From: Azolla caroliniana
Lineage: Eukaryota; Plantae; Polypodiophyta
Direction: 5' to 3'
Assembly (NCBI GenBank): GCA_043228905.1
Contig: JBHGNT010000004.1
Location: forward strand, 21,576,001-21,640,000
Length of the DNA: 64,000 bases
In this document: piece after piece, positions 39,441-52,900 of the stretch
How positions within the stretch are numbered: position 1 is the first letter of the stretch
Layout: every line of letters starts with the position of its first letter
Notes under the pieces: generated by a model
The model's input: only the letters and a program-made list of their open reading frames with translations
Told to the model about the DNA's origin: nothing
The model's database searches: none
Position numbers and translations under genes: made by a program

Positions 39441-40222
39441 TGGATATCGGACATGCCTTCACGGATGAGACTCGGAAGAAACTTCGGATCGGTGGAGGTG
39501 GGTTCCTATTAAAGAATGAAGAAGAATGATTCTGTGGGATGCTAGAGTGACATGGGAGAGCATTTGCATTTACATCGAAAGAAATAGGATGCGCTGACCC
39601 GAAGATAGTGGAGCCGATAGTGATCTTCACGATTGACCATGTGTCGTGGAACCTGAAGCCGATTCCGGTGCCACGGGCGCATATTCCGAAAATCATCGAC
39701 TTGCTCAAGGAGAAGGTGGCGATGGGGATTCTAGAGCCATCAAATGCTCCGTACTCAAATCGATGGTTTACGGTTCCGAAGAAGAATGGGTCACTCCGAT
39801 TTATTCAAGATTTGCAACCGGTGAACAAGGTCACGATCCGGAACTCCGGAGTCGGTCCGAAAGTGGACAAATTTGCGGAAGCATTTGCCGATCACGCGAT
39901 ATACTCCATCGGAGACCTATACTCTGGATATGACCAATTCCAACTAGCTGTGAATAGCCGAGACATCACTACCATGCGGACACCGGTAAGATTAGTCCGG
40001 ATGTGTACGCTACCACAAGGCGCGACGAACTCAGTCGCACATATGATGAATGCGATGAACAAGGTGCTCCGAGATTGCATACCGGAGATAACGATGCCGT
40101 TCCTAGATGACATTCTGATGAAAGGGTGTGCAGTGGAAGAAAAAGATGAAGCTATGGATGAATGGGGATGCCGAAGGTTTGTATTCAACCATATCTGTGA
40201 TTGTGAGAAAGTGTTACGGAAG

Positions 40223-42786
40223 TTAGCTCTTCGCTAGCTCTTCGATGATGTCGTCATCAATCTTCTTTTCATCCACGTTACTTTGTCTCAGCGGCTCAAC
40301 TACTTTCGGCGGTCTTGCTTTCTCCGTGGTAGTCGGTCCCGTCATGTCGGTGTCATCAACCCATTGGCGACGCTTGTCGAGCCTATTGCATGCCCGCTTC
40401 ACCGCGATCCAGTCCGCTACGAGCCCATTTTCTTGGGTATCATCTTCGAGAAGAGTCCCCAACTCCCGTCTATCCTTTATGTCCACGGCCTTCAAGAAGT
40501 ACAAAGTCTTGTCCTCTTCAAGCAATACTTGGTCCGTATTGGGGAGACGACTAAACATCTGGTCAAATTCGTCGTACACCCTCGAGACGCTCATCTTCTT
40601 ATTCTTCTTCTCTATCCACTTCATCAGGGCATGTCGAGTCATCCTCGTTGAGTCTTCAGTCACGAACTCCGCTAGTATCGTTTTCTCGAACTAGGACCAT
40701 GTTGTCTTTCCTTCTTGAAGCTCGATGACGCGTCTTTGGATGTTGTTGGCGACAACTCTCTTGAAGCTTGCGATTTGACGTGCCTCGGACACGTCCCTTT
40801 GATTCATCTCCCTCTTATATGCATCAAGGAACTTCGTAACGTTCCTTCCATCGAATTGGCCCTCGAGCTCTACGACACGATCGACAACCTTCTCCACGCT
40901 CGCGTCGTTATCCCGAGATCTCATCATTTGCTCGACGATTAGCATCATCCTTTCGAGCTCTCCTGCTTGGTTGCTTGAGGACGCCATCTCCAAGTATTAA
41001 TCTCGACTTGATCCTTCCTACCGCCTCTTTCACGTCGGGTTCACCACTTAATTATGTCGTGAAGATCCGTCACTACGCGCGGATCGTGAGGCGGAACCGC
41101 CGGGGTTCTGGACCAGAAGGATTTAGAGTCGATACAAGCTTTGGCGAGAAAGTACTTAAGATAGATTGGGAAAGAGAGAAGATGAGATTACACGATTGAT
41201 TTCAAAACGAATTTCTTCCTCTTAATTTTCATAAAAAAAACCATGTTTTTCTCCTCCCCCTTCCCTCTTTTATAGATGCTCTCATGCACGTGTTGCATGT
41301 GAGGGTACAAGACATGCATAAATTGCATGTTTGCCATTTGGCGCTTAAGTATTACATGTGGTGCATGCTAACCATGTCACTCATTTTAGCACTCATGGAT
41401 GAGAATTTGCATGTAAAAGTACAATGATAGAAATATAATTTCAACTAAATACTATGGCTTAATGGTAAGCCATTTGACTCCTAACTTGGAGGTGCAAGGT
41501 TTGAATCCATACTTGCCCTCCTTGTATATGTAAATATGTATATACTTTTATATATTTATTTTATCTAGCCGGATCCCGACGCCGACGCCGGATTGCGGTC
41601 GGATGCCGTCGGATCACCGGCTCCATCCGGTTTTGGTTGGCCAAAACCCTTTTTGAGTAGCTAGCCACCTCCACTCTAAGTTCAAGTTACCTTGAACTCT
41701 CTATGCTCCACACATAGACACAAAGAGAATATCTTTTGCTCCACGTTATATATGATGAGAGCCGTATTTGTCGTGCCTATGTGGGATATCTCACAATTTT
41801 CTCTTTTCTTTTCACAAACTTTATACCCTCATATCTTGACATTTAGTTGTCCATTTCTCGTGTAATAAAGTGCATTCGAAACCTCCATCATTTTGTACTT
41901 AGATATTAAAAATGTTTTCTTCACAATTATTGTATTATGTGATTCATACTCAATTTCGTACGTTTTATGGGATTTTCACACTATTGCCGAAAATCTTCAC
42001 GACATCCACCCCCACCAAACCGCACGTCCTCCGGTACGTGCCAAGAAGAGAAGAAGTGAGATTTCGGCTACGATGATCAATTAGATTCCTCCATGTCTTC
42101 ATTTTCATCCGGCCTATTATGTTCATCGTCAAGGTAATCGAGGTCAGGATCCTTGTCTTGTCTTTTCTTGAAAAGCTTTACTCTTTTTCCCGCAATGGGT
42201 ACGGCCAACCTTGATCCGTCTAGTTCCGCAAGGTGGTATGTGGCATTATCGTTGGCACTTGTCACCACATACGGCCCGAACCATCTTCTTGCGAACTTCC
42301 TTGTTGTACTGTGTTGATTGTCAAGGGTGCTGTCGTAAACCAAAACCCAATCCCCTTCTTCAATCTTCTTGGGACGAAGTCGATGCGTGTTGTCGAACCG
42401 AACTTTGTTCTTTACTCGGGCTGCCTTCATCATCTTTCGCGCTTTTTCTAAATCTTCAGGTCTTCTTTCAAGTTGCCTTATCCGCGCCGCTAATAACTCT
42501 TCTCGGCTCATCTCGTTCTCCCACGGTATCGCTACCCATGAGGTGATCGTTCTTTCGATGGGCATAATCGGCTTTTGTCCATACATAAGCTCCGTCAGCA
42601 TAAACCCTGTCACCGAGCTATGTGTCGTTCTATCGGCCCACAAGGCATAGGGTAATAGTCGTGGCCAATTCCCGACTCGACCGTTGCATGCCCGTACAAT
42701 GGCTTTAACGATAGGTCCATGCCCTCGCTCGATCTTCCCATTTGCTTCCGGATTGTAGGCAGTCGTGAGGGAGAGCTTCACGCCTA
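40223..42786 (-). mobile_element. Inverted fragment J: integrase 3' end, PPT, single LTR (41055-42004), PBS, gag 5' end
   Basis: 12-bp terminal inverted repeat TGTCGTGAAGAT/ATCTTCACGACA; PBS 41029-41046; ORFs 42077-42898, 40691-40993, 40223-40663. Confidence 0.88.
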
Positions 42787-45700
42787 TGCTAAGATGGATT
42801 GCATATGTTAAGTCACTTAATCCAGAGGTAAGACACATCTCCGGAAAAGACAACGTTGTAGCGGATATGCTATCAAGGGCGCGGTTTGGAGATGACATAA
42901 CCGAATCCGATAATGAAGAAGTTTCCGAAGACTACTTTGCTTCGGAGCACATATGCCGGGTGGACGTAATCCAAGAATTCCAGGAAGAAGAATATGAGGG
43001 AGAAAGCTTGTTGATCGGGAAAATGCGACGAGAAATCGAGGAATCATCGGACAATAAAGAGAAGAGAGCCGAGATCCGAAGTAAGAAACGACAAGTCCGA
43101 AAGTTCTTCTTGAAAAATGGATTTTTATGGAGGGAGCCGAAAAGACCGGGTGGCATACCACTTCGAGTAGTCGGGACAAAAGAGCAACGAAACCAGGTAA
43201 TGTCCGAATTTCACGAATCTGATTGGGCTGGACATCGAGGAACATGGGCAACATTTGGGAAGATCAAGCAAAGATATTGGTGGAAAAATATGTACAAAGA
43301 TGTCACGGAGTTCACAGAAAGCTGCGAGCAGTGTCAAATCTACTCCGGAGTTCGACACCGAGATGAGTTACATCCGACATTCTCACTGACAATCAACTTC
43401 AAATGGATGGTCGACATTGTAGCCATGCCAACCGGGATCGGACAAAAGAAGTACTTGGTGTTAGCTCGGGAAGATCTCACAAATCAAGTAGAAGGTTGAG
43501 CGCTACGAAGAAAAACGTGTTCTACGGTATGTCAATTTCTTTTGGAAGAAGTGTTTTGCAGGTACGGGTGCGTAGGACAAGTGATTGTGGATCGGGGAGA
43601 ACTTGACTCTGATAAAGCTAGGGGATTCTTCGCCAAACATGGAGTTCGGTTAACACTAACAACGGTATACAATCCGGAAGCCAACGGGAAGGTCGAGCGA
43701 GGACATAGTCCGATTGTCAAAGCACTTGCCAAAGCATGCGACGGAAGGGTGAAGGATTGGCCGCAGATGCTTCCGTATGCACTATGGGCGGATCGGACGA
43801 CGCATAGCTCCGTAACCGGTTACATGCCGGCAGAACACATGACCGGACAAGCACCGGTAATGCCGACGGAAACCGCAATCGCGACATGGACAATGCTACC
43901 ATGGAAGGAAGAGATGAGCCGGGAAGAACTACTAGCAGTCCGGATACGACAACTGGAGGGAAGACCGGAAGACATAGCGGAAGCAATACGCCGACAACAA
44001 GAAGCACGATTCCGGAATAAAAGCCGGTTCGACACAAAGCACCGACTACAACCGCAGAAGATTGAAGAAGGAGATTGGGTGATTGTCTACGACAGTAGTT
44101 TGGATCATCAACATACAACGATGCGGAAGTTCGCAAAAAGGTAGTTCGGGCCATACGAGGTTCGGAAAGTTTTCGACAACGGAACTTACCGACAATGCCA
44201 GTTGGATGGAACAATGCTACGAGTGCCTATAGCCGGGAAACAGGTGAAGATTTTCAAGAAGCGGACTGATGAAGAACCCTATGTAATCCTAGACAAGACC
44301 AACCAGAAGGAGCAATCGGATGAAGATCGCGGTGATGCGGAAAGCGAAGAAAGTGGATTAGAACTCATAGTCGACTTAAGGGGAGAATCGGAGGAAGCTT
44401 CGGATGAAGGTGAATAGCAAGCATCGGGGACTTCGGCACATATAGGAGGATGTGCGGGTTAGGAGGGGGCGAGTGTCGTAGTGTAATTCGCACACTACGT
44501 GAAAAATTACAATTTTGGTCTCTTCGGATAGGACATGGAGTACCCGGTGAGAACCGGAAGAAGGAACCGGTAAGGACCGAAACCGGTAAGGAGACCCGGC
44601 AAGAGCCAGATGAAGAAGGCCGGTGAGAGTCGGTGAGAAACGGACGAAGAGATCAGTAAGGAGGTCTCGGTAAGAACCGGACAAAGAAAACTAGCAAGCA
44701 CCGGTTGAAGCAGAACCGGAAAGAGCCGGATGAAGAAGGCCGGTGAGAGTCTCTCACCGAATGAAGAGACATATTTGTAAATAGAAGAAAGTATAAAAAT
44801 ATATTACATGCATAGGGCAAGATTCGAACCTTGCACCTCCATGTTAATAATGTTAAGCCTTATCATTATACTAGCGTATTATGAATTTTAAAGTTATACT
44901 AAACTTCATCCCATGTAAAATTTCTAGACATGCATGGTACAAAAAGTGTTGAGTTAAAAGAAAAGATGAGATAGAAAGCTAATCATGCACATGCAGTGTG
45001 CATGAAAACTAAAGATAGGAAGAGCATGATGCTTGCATGTGATAAACTTAGACTCTTCCAACACTATATAAGGAAGAGAGAAAGATGTATAGAGGTTGTT
45101 GATTATTTTACAAGGGTAGATTAATATAATATAATCGTGGGATTCACGAATTTGCTAGCCATTTTTCTCTCTTAATTTGATTACTCACTAATACACTATA
45201 CTCATGGGATTCACGAGTTTTTCATATCTTTCTTTCTTACAATATATTTCATATTCTTAATTGCCTTAGAATTTTCTTTCCTCCTATTCCAAAACCCCAA
45301 CGGTTCCCACCCGACTCACGCAACGATCCGGAGCCGTAAGGCACGACACCGTCTGTAAAGACAAGTTCTCTTCTTGACTAGAGGTGCTGAGAGTAACCAC
45401 CAGGTTCTCCCAGCTTTCCGGCAGTGTACACATTGGCAAGATGGCCTGCATTGCATCATCCAGGGGAAACTTGGTTGCCGCAAGCTAATTTACATACCCC
45501 ATAAATGTGCTGATGTGTTCGACGATGCTCTCACCGTCTCTATATGTCAACCGTATGATTTTTCTCATTAGCGAGGTTTTTTTTAGTGCGTTCTTTCTCT
45601 CGTACAGACTCGACAGCTTTTGCCACATCTCGTGGGCATTCGTGTCGTTCGCCACATGCTGAAGGACACTCAAATCGACACATTGTCGGATTGTGGCCAC

Positions 45701-46612
45701 CGCCTTCCTATTCAGAAGCTTCCAGTCCGACTCCAATACCCCCCTGGTTCGTACAGGTCTTTAACTATGAGAAGGTCTTCCATCTTTATCTTCCAGTCTG
45801 CATAGTTCTGTGAGTTCAGAACTATCATACCTGGAAAACCGCTAACACCTCCTTCCATGCTTGCACCTCAAGCTCTGATACCGGTTTGTTGAGAAATCGA
45901 TGCGGAATATATCACAATAAACGAACTACGCGCTAAAATACGAATCACAGAAATGCCAGAAAAAAAAAACAAGACACAACAGTGCACAAAGATTTACGTG
46001 GAAACCCTAAAACGGGGAAAAACCACGGGTGAACAGATTATTCACTATAGTATAGTGGATATACAATACAGAGAGGAATACACCACTTTGTCGAGTGTAT
46101 CAGCCGCACAAGGCTCTTCGCGTCTGTTGTTACACACACAACTATGGCGCAACTCTCACTTCTCTCTCACACGCTCTCTCTCTCACGTTCTACCACTACT
46201 GTTCTTACACTGTTCCACACTATAGTCCAAGTTTGCCCTAGTTGTATATATACTTACACAACTTTTTTGGTTATTTACATACGTAGCCCTCATGGGGCGC
46301 ACTCTTAGACTATTTACAATTATAGTCTCCCGAGTTGGCTATATACACGATTCCGGTTTCGGCTTCGGCCGAGTCCCTCATCAACTCGGCTCCTCTCTCT
46401 CCCCATCCGGAGAGACTTGTTGCCTAACATCATCATTATTATTACCATAATAATGATAGTCGAATTTACAAACAGTCGACTCATTATTTTCGACTCATTG
46501 TTTTCGACTCTTCGACTGTCGACTTTCCGAACGGTCGAATCTTCCTTGTCATCGACTATTGGCTTTCCGATCAGTCGGTTCTTCCTCCCACTGGAGGGAC
46601 ATATTCCCAACA

Positions 46613-47546
46613 GGTTATTGCGATGGTTTGGTCCGGCAAGATGGCTCCCTCTTCTACCGAACTCCCTAGAATTGGTCCTATCAACTTGCCAATGGTGGGT
46701 GTTTAGTTCTCGGGTCAGCTGACCCTATCACTCTCAGTTGAATCGACCTCTATTTCCTCGATCGAATCCTCTTCTATCATCTGACTGGGAGTAGAGCGAC
46801 CATTGGGTGCATTGCGTCTTTGTCAGGCATGATTTTCTTCCAACAATAGTATCGATTGAAATGTCGAAAAAGGAAGGTGGATTCTCTCTTGCAAGAATGG
46901 CCTATCTAATTGTGCCGAAACGTGGTGCTAAGCCATCGAGGCATATTTGCACCATTTCTTCATCGTCGATGATGGCATTGATCGATCCGAGAGCATCACA
47001 CAACTCCTTGATCTTCAAGGCATACCTGGTGATCGACATGTCCCTTTGTTGCATATTGTTTAACTCCTGTCGGAGTTGGAGCTTACGTGCAATCGTGTTG
47101 GATGCGAAAATCTTCTTGAGGTTGCCCCAAGCTTCTTTAGGCGTTTTCGACTCTCGAATATAGCCGAGCATGTGATCATGAACACATGATGCAAGGCAGT
47201 ACAACACACGACTTGCGGCTTGCTCCCATGTTGGGTAGTTGGCATGTGTTGGGTTGGGTTGCGTTTCGTGAGCTCCTTCGATATAGCTCTAGTAGCCTTG
47301 TCCGACAAGGTATTGATGCATCTTGTATTCCCAAGATGCAAAGTTTGTCCTGTCAAGCTTCTCTATATGAAGAGTGTTTCCCATTTGAGTATTCATGATG
47401 TCGTTTTCTTCTCTATTGTTGAACCAGTTCTGTTTGAACGTCGGTGTGTAGCACAACACAGTCGATTAAGATTGATAAGATAACCACACACTCTGATACC
47501 ATGTAAAGAGTGTGAGACATAGGTGGTTCCGTGCAACAGAAGCAAG

Positions 47547-47631
<85 letters not shown>

Positions 47632-47870
47632 CACGTAAGACAAAAACAAAGAGAGAGGGAGAGAGGGCTTGAACAAGAAAATGTATATGTAAAAAGATAA
47701 ACTACATCCAACAGTAACTAAGTTACAAAGAGTTGGTTTAAATACCAATTGGTCTAGGGCAAGTGCCCTTTCTACCAATTACAAAACTAGCCTAATAAAA
47801 TGTCCATTGACTAGTGTGAACACTATCTCTATGGGAAGTGGAGTTTAATGCTCAATAAACCTTTTATAAG
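46613..47870 (-). mobile_element. Old copia element M: gag remnant, PBS 47491-47501, LTR from 47502 (far end uncertain)
   Basis: TGGTATCAGAG PBS; gag motif AWGNLKKIFAS...KLQLRQELNN. Confidence 0.72.
47548..47627. repeat. (TG)~40 microsatellite
   Basis: Perfect dinucleotide run. Confidence 0.98.
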
Positions 47871-47879
47871 ATATAGTTT

Positions 47880-48447
47880 GTAATTTAGGGATGATATTAT
47901 CTGGAAGACAATTTCATCTATTCTATTATGGGTAATTTGGAAGGCGCGATGCACATCAGTATTTGACAATGCCACTCAGGATGTTTCTGTTATAATTGTT
48001 GAATTCTAGTTGTTACTTGTTCATACACTACGTGGTCAGTATGAAAGTTTTACACGCAATGTTGATGCCATTTTCAAGAAGCAAATGCATTTTAAAAGGT
48101 TATGGGACTCTATGCTCATTTTTAGGGAAGATGGAGATCACATAATATGGATGTATACCGTTCCTGTCATTTTGGGAAACGATGTCTACTAACTTTGTTT
48201 GGACGCTCTATTGTTACATATTTTGGTGGTATAGGTTACATTGCATGCTCAATTGCAGTTTGGGAGAAGTAGACCATACAATTGGAGATATGGTGTGCGA
48301 ATATGTGTAGTTCTTATATATACACATCAAATTGGCTATGATGTGAGCACAATGCAGTCAGTTGGTGTTCTCCTTTATCCAACACAACTTTTGTATTTAT
48401 TGTGATTTTATAATACCAAGGCATATCTCTTTTCAAAAAAAAAAAAA
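47880..48447 (+). mobile_element. 3' end of an L1-type LINE with poly(A) tail
   Basis: Translation IWKTISSILLWVIWKARCTSVFDN matches the W-x-IW-xx-R-xxx-VF ORF2 C-terminal pattern; A13 at 48435-48447. Confidence 0.65.
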
Positions 48448-49272
48448 GTGTGTCAACCGTACTATTATGGAATCAATGGTGATATTCATGGTATTGCAGT
48501 ACCATGGAATATCAAGTCAATCCTCATGCTTGGAGCTCACATCCCAAAGCTGATTGAACCACTAAGATCGATATGGGATACTTGAACCAACGAGTGTACC
48601 ATACTCAAACTAGTGGTTCACTATGCCCAAAAAGTATGGACGTGTCTATGCTTCATCCAAGACCTATAACCTATCAACAAAGTGACAAATCACAATGTCA
48701 AGATTGGATAGTGTTGACAAATTTGTTGAGGCATTTGCAAGAAGGTCAATCTATTCAATCAGAGAATGTATTTGGAGTATGAGTAGTTCCAACTAGACGT
48801 GGAAAGTATGGATATCATGACATTGCAAACCCCAATTGGTCTAGTGTTGATATGTACCTTGCTACAAAGGTGGCATTAAGTATATAGCCCACATGGTGAA
48901 TGTGATGAACAAGGTGTTAAGAGATTGTACTCCTTATTCCACCATGCCCTTCCTCAATGACATAATGATGAAAGGGTGATCTGAATTAGAAAAAGAGGAC
49001 AAGGTGGATGTAGACACTTTGTGGTTGATCATATTGTGATTTCGACAACGACTTGCAAAGATTGGAAGATATGTATCTGATGTTCTCAAGAGAGATTTTG
49101 GTGGCGGGGTACTTATGTGGGCCACATGGACTAAAGCCTTCCCCAACGAAGGTAGATGCCATCAACGAAATGAAAGAAGAGTGCAAATCAAACAAACAAA
49201 AGTGGTGCCTGAGTGCTTGTACATTCTACCACATATGGATTCCCCATTATGCTCACATAGTTGAGCTCCCAT
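48448..49272 (+). pseudogene. Heavily decayed RT fragment of the Trp-primed gypsy group
   Basis: CVNRTIMESMVIF; HGLKPSPTKVDAI; FYHIWIPHYAH. Confidence 0.8.
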
Positions 49273-49963
49273 TGTCGTGAAGATTTTCAGCAACGGTGTG
49301 AAAATTGTATGCAACGAACGAAATCGAGAAGGTGCAATGTGCACGTGTGAAAGGGGTGAAGGCCACATGCATATGCTAGCATGTTGTAAATAGGACAGAA
49401 ATGAGAATCGTAAAAGAAAAGCTAGATGTAAAGTTAAACATGTGCACGTGTGATGTGCGCTCAATTGTAAATATAAAAATAAGACTAAAGCCTAGTAACA
49501 TTTAAGTGCATACATAAGGGTGGAAGCAAGGCTTGAAACTTGCACCTCCAAGATAGGAGACAAATTAACTTACCACTAAAGCCACTACTAAGTGCTTTAA
49601 AATTTGTGTATTTTCTTTTCATATTCAATATTTTGTAGGAATCAAACATATAGAAACCGTGGGTTTCAGCCATGGTTTTTGCATGAAGAGACCTATAAAA
49701 GCCTATAGTTGGGCTTGTGTAAAGGCACAAGTGATGTAAGTAAAAAAGAAACTTTTAATCAATTTAAGATCTGAGTTATCCTAATGGTGATGTATCTTGT
49801 CTCGTAAAACTAAAGTAAAGGGTTCAACTCTCTCTCTCTCTTTCTCTCTATTCATCCATCTATCTATCTTCAATACTTTCTCGCTTACGCTACTAAAAAT
49901 ATTGAATCCTTCCGGTCCAAGACCCCGGTTGTTGTTCAGTCAACAATTACTACTTTGCCGACA
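49273..49963 (+). mobile_element. Solo or recombinant LTR O of the Trp-primed group
   Basis: TGTCGTGAAG...CCGACA; flanks belong to different elements and do not form a TSD. Confidence 0.75.
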
Positions 49964-52900
49964 CAGTATAAGACGAACGTTCGTACCAAACGTTCTATCG
50001 AGAAGTTGTGGTTAGACGAATAGATACAAATTAGTTGTAAACTTATCGGTGATAACAGACACTGAGATCTTGACTTATGTAATATAGCTTAGACAAAAGG
50101 AAATAGATAGCAATAGCAACTCATACACAGAGGTTTCCTAACTAAACTTTATATTACTAAATACAACGATAGATTTTTACAATGCCTTTGGTTCCTTTTA
50201 TAGGTATCCTGAAGGTCTTTTCTCATCAAGAAATCCTACTGCCTATAATTATCAAGAATTACAAAACTTTGTAACTAACTATATCCTATTCGGCTATATG
50301 TTGAGTCATCGATCCGAACTGTCGATCCGACTCCGACTCCGAACTTCCTTCCGACTCCAACACATCCATACTTGTCCGGGTAACACTTGGCATGCCCGTG
50401 GGCCAAGACGTTGTCCGGAGAACCCACGGTAACCCCTTCACTCCTGCTGCTCTGAGGGATGATCTTCCTCCAAATCATCATATGCGTCGTCCTGCAGAAT
50501 GTCGAACAATGAGGGTTCCTCTTCCTGTGGTGCCTCACTGACATCGTCTTCGTCTTTGTCTTCGATGTCCTCCTTGTCCTCATTTTCTTGGTGTGCTCCT
50601 TCGGTCGATGGTCTTGGATCTGCTAAATCCGGTGCTCCGAGTCCAGGTGTTGTGCTTACTCTTTCGGCTTCAATATTGTCTAACTCAACGGACGTATCGA
50701 TATCATGCTTGTCGAATTCTTGCATGATTCGGTTAACTTCTTCTCTGAAATAAGCTGCCATGTTGTATAGGTCTCTAGCAATATCTTCCTGAACCGTGGT
50801 CATTGCTTCCTCCGACATCTTGAGGAAGCCTTTGCCTTGAACTTTTCTATTTTCTCTTTTGGCTCGTAATAGCTGAAGCTCTACAGCTTGCGTCGACCAT
50901 GTTTGCCAACCCTTCTCCAGCGATTCATTGACCAACTTTAGGGTATTAAGCCGGTGACGTCTTATGATTGCTTGAACCCTGTCCTGAGTCATACTTGCCT
51001 CAAACTGTGTTGTTGCCAATGGTCATCGTAAATCAATGATTACTACATTGGTATCACCTTCGGCCTACATCAGTTTGGCTTGTGCCACTAAGAGGTCAAG
51101 TCGCCTTTTCTCAGATACCGTTTGAACTTCTGCACATCGCTTTTCCAGCTTCTCTTTCTCCGCATTCCAGTCGTTCTACTACTGAATCATTTTTCCGTTG
51201 ATTTCTTCTATCAGTTTGTCTCTTCCAGCCAACTTTGTTGTAAAACAAGTCTCTTGGCTGCTCACATACTCTTCTAGTTCTTCGACTTGTTGCCTTGTAG
51301 CCTCTTGCTGTTGGACTAACTATCGATATAAATCTTGTATCAAATTATCTTTTTCCGCTAAGCATTTGTCTGTCGCTGTTTTTGCCAACTATAATCGATC
51401 CTCCATTTCTCTGGATCTGTCTTCGGCCTTTTTTGCCCTAATTTCCGCTTCTCTTCGTGCTTTTTCGGCTTGCTCCCACTTCTGTTGTAGTTTTGAATCT
51501 GACTTCAACAGTTGGCTTTGTGACTCTAGCTGTAATATTTGCTCTCTCGCTTTCTCTAGAACCACTTGTGCTTCCTGTAGTTTATCCTTCAACTGCTTAT
51601 TTTCTTCCTGCTTTCATGTATACTGTGCATTAAGCACATTTGTTGTTGTTGTTGCCCTTTTGTATAATTCAGCCATATCCTTGGTTGCCCTGCTAGCCTT
51701 CTCATATTCCCTATGAACTTCGACCAGTGCCTCATGTAGTGGTGGTATCTGGATGGCTTCACCTTTATTTTTAGCATTTCGTTGTCGACCAATTCTATCC
51801 ACTTCTGCTTGTTCATTGGATTCGACAGCTCCACATAATGACTTTTGGATCATTATTTGATCCCGGTGTTCTTGGCCATTCTTTCCGACACTTCTTGGAG
51901 TGTTTTAGCTAACCATTCTACCAGTTCATATGACGTTCCGAACTGCAGAATGGCAGTTAGCTCATGTGCTGCTGCCGGGATGTCGGAAAAACCAAGTGCT
52001 TCTTGCACCGTTGCCGTTGATACCTACCCTTTTTGAATGTGTGACGTGTCATCGGGATTGACACAAGGTACTTGTGTGCTTTGGGAGTTTTGATCGTCGG
52101 TTCGTTGTTTCTTCTACATAGGTTCTTCTTGCTCTGGTCTAGAATATCTTTGGGACCGTTGTTTAACCCTGCGCTGTTTTGGCGGTTGCTGCTCTGTGTC
52201 GACTTGTGTCAATTCTTGTTGTTGTGTTTGTTGCTCGCCTATCGTCTCTTGTTGTTGCGTCCTCGATGGTTGAAACTCCGGCTGTTGAGTAGCCGGTTGT
52301 TGGTCAGGTTCAGGTTGTGGTGTCGACTGTTGAGACTGCGTTGACTGTTGTTGTTCCAATTCTTGTTGTTGTCTTGGTTCCGATTGGTCGAATTCGGTCT
52401 GAGTGGTATCTTCCTGCGCCGATTCTTCTTCCCTCCACTCTTCCCGTTGGACTTGTCGTCGGGTTCGGGATGGTTGTACCTGAGGCGGCTTACTCATCTC
52501 TGATCGGTTTTCCGCCTCTAGAGCTAGAAATAATACCGATAACCAACAAGAAAAAATCGTCTTCATTGGTTTTCCCTTCTGAACTCCGTACAGTTGCTCT
52601 ATCAGAGCTTTTGGCGACAGTAGCCCCCAATCGAAAGCTTCGCCTTCATAAGCGGTGATGATCAATTCGGCCCTCTTTTTGGGCATACAGTAGAATCTCG
52701 GACTAACAAACCCTACTTCCAATAAAAACTTTGCAACTTCATGAAAAAAAAACATTCCTACCTCCTTGTGTCTAATACACTTTGGCGGAGGGCGAATACT
52801 CACCAAAATAGGAACACAATCCTTCTTCTGTGACCTTCTTGACAGCATCGAACCCACCTCTTGGCATCTCCAACACCGCTCTTACCTTCTTATTAGTGAT

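Larger units (their letters stand above)
35665..45348 (+). mobile_element. Trp-primed gypsy element H (875-bp LTRs 35665-36539, 44474-45348), autonomous relative of D and L
   Basis: Exact TSD CCGT; PBS 36544-36561; gag-PR to 38605; RT to ~40225; integrase ~42785-44417. Confidence 0.93.
3220..46612 (-). mobile_element. Ty1/copia element A in pieces: 5' LTR 45887-46612, PBS ~45872-45883, gag 45349-45860 and 34987-35664, integrase 33587-34980, RT 3220-4072
   Basis: iMet PBS (C)GGTATCAGAGC; CCHC knuckle CFYCGKPGHFQKDC; protease WVIDSSASFH; integrase PELNGLAERMNRT; RT YKARIVVKG, LDVKTAFLHG, LLYVDD. Protein sequence resumes across the insertions. Confidence 0.88.

Noticed and set aside
47413-47778. 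His-Thr and Cys-Val repeat ORFs
   Set aside because: They are translations of the (TG)n microsatellite.
49269-49967. TSD for LTR O as a further CpG-target example
   Set aside because: Flanks CCAT/CAGT differ and belong to different host elements, so it was excluded.
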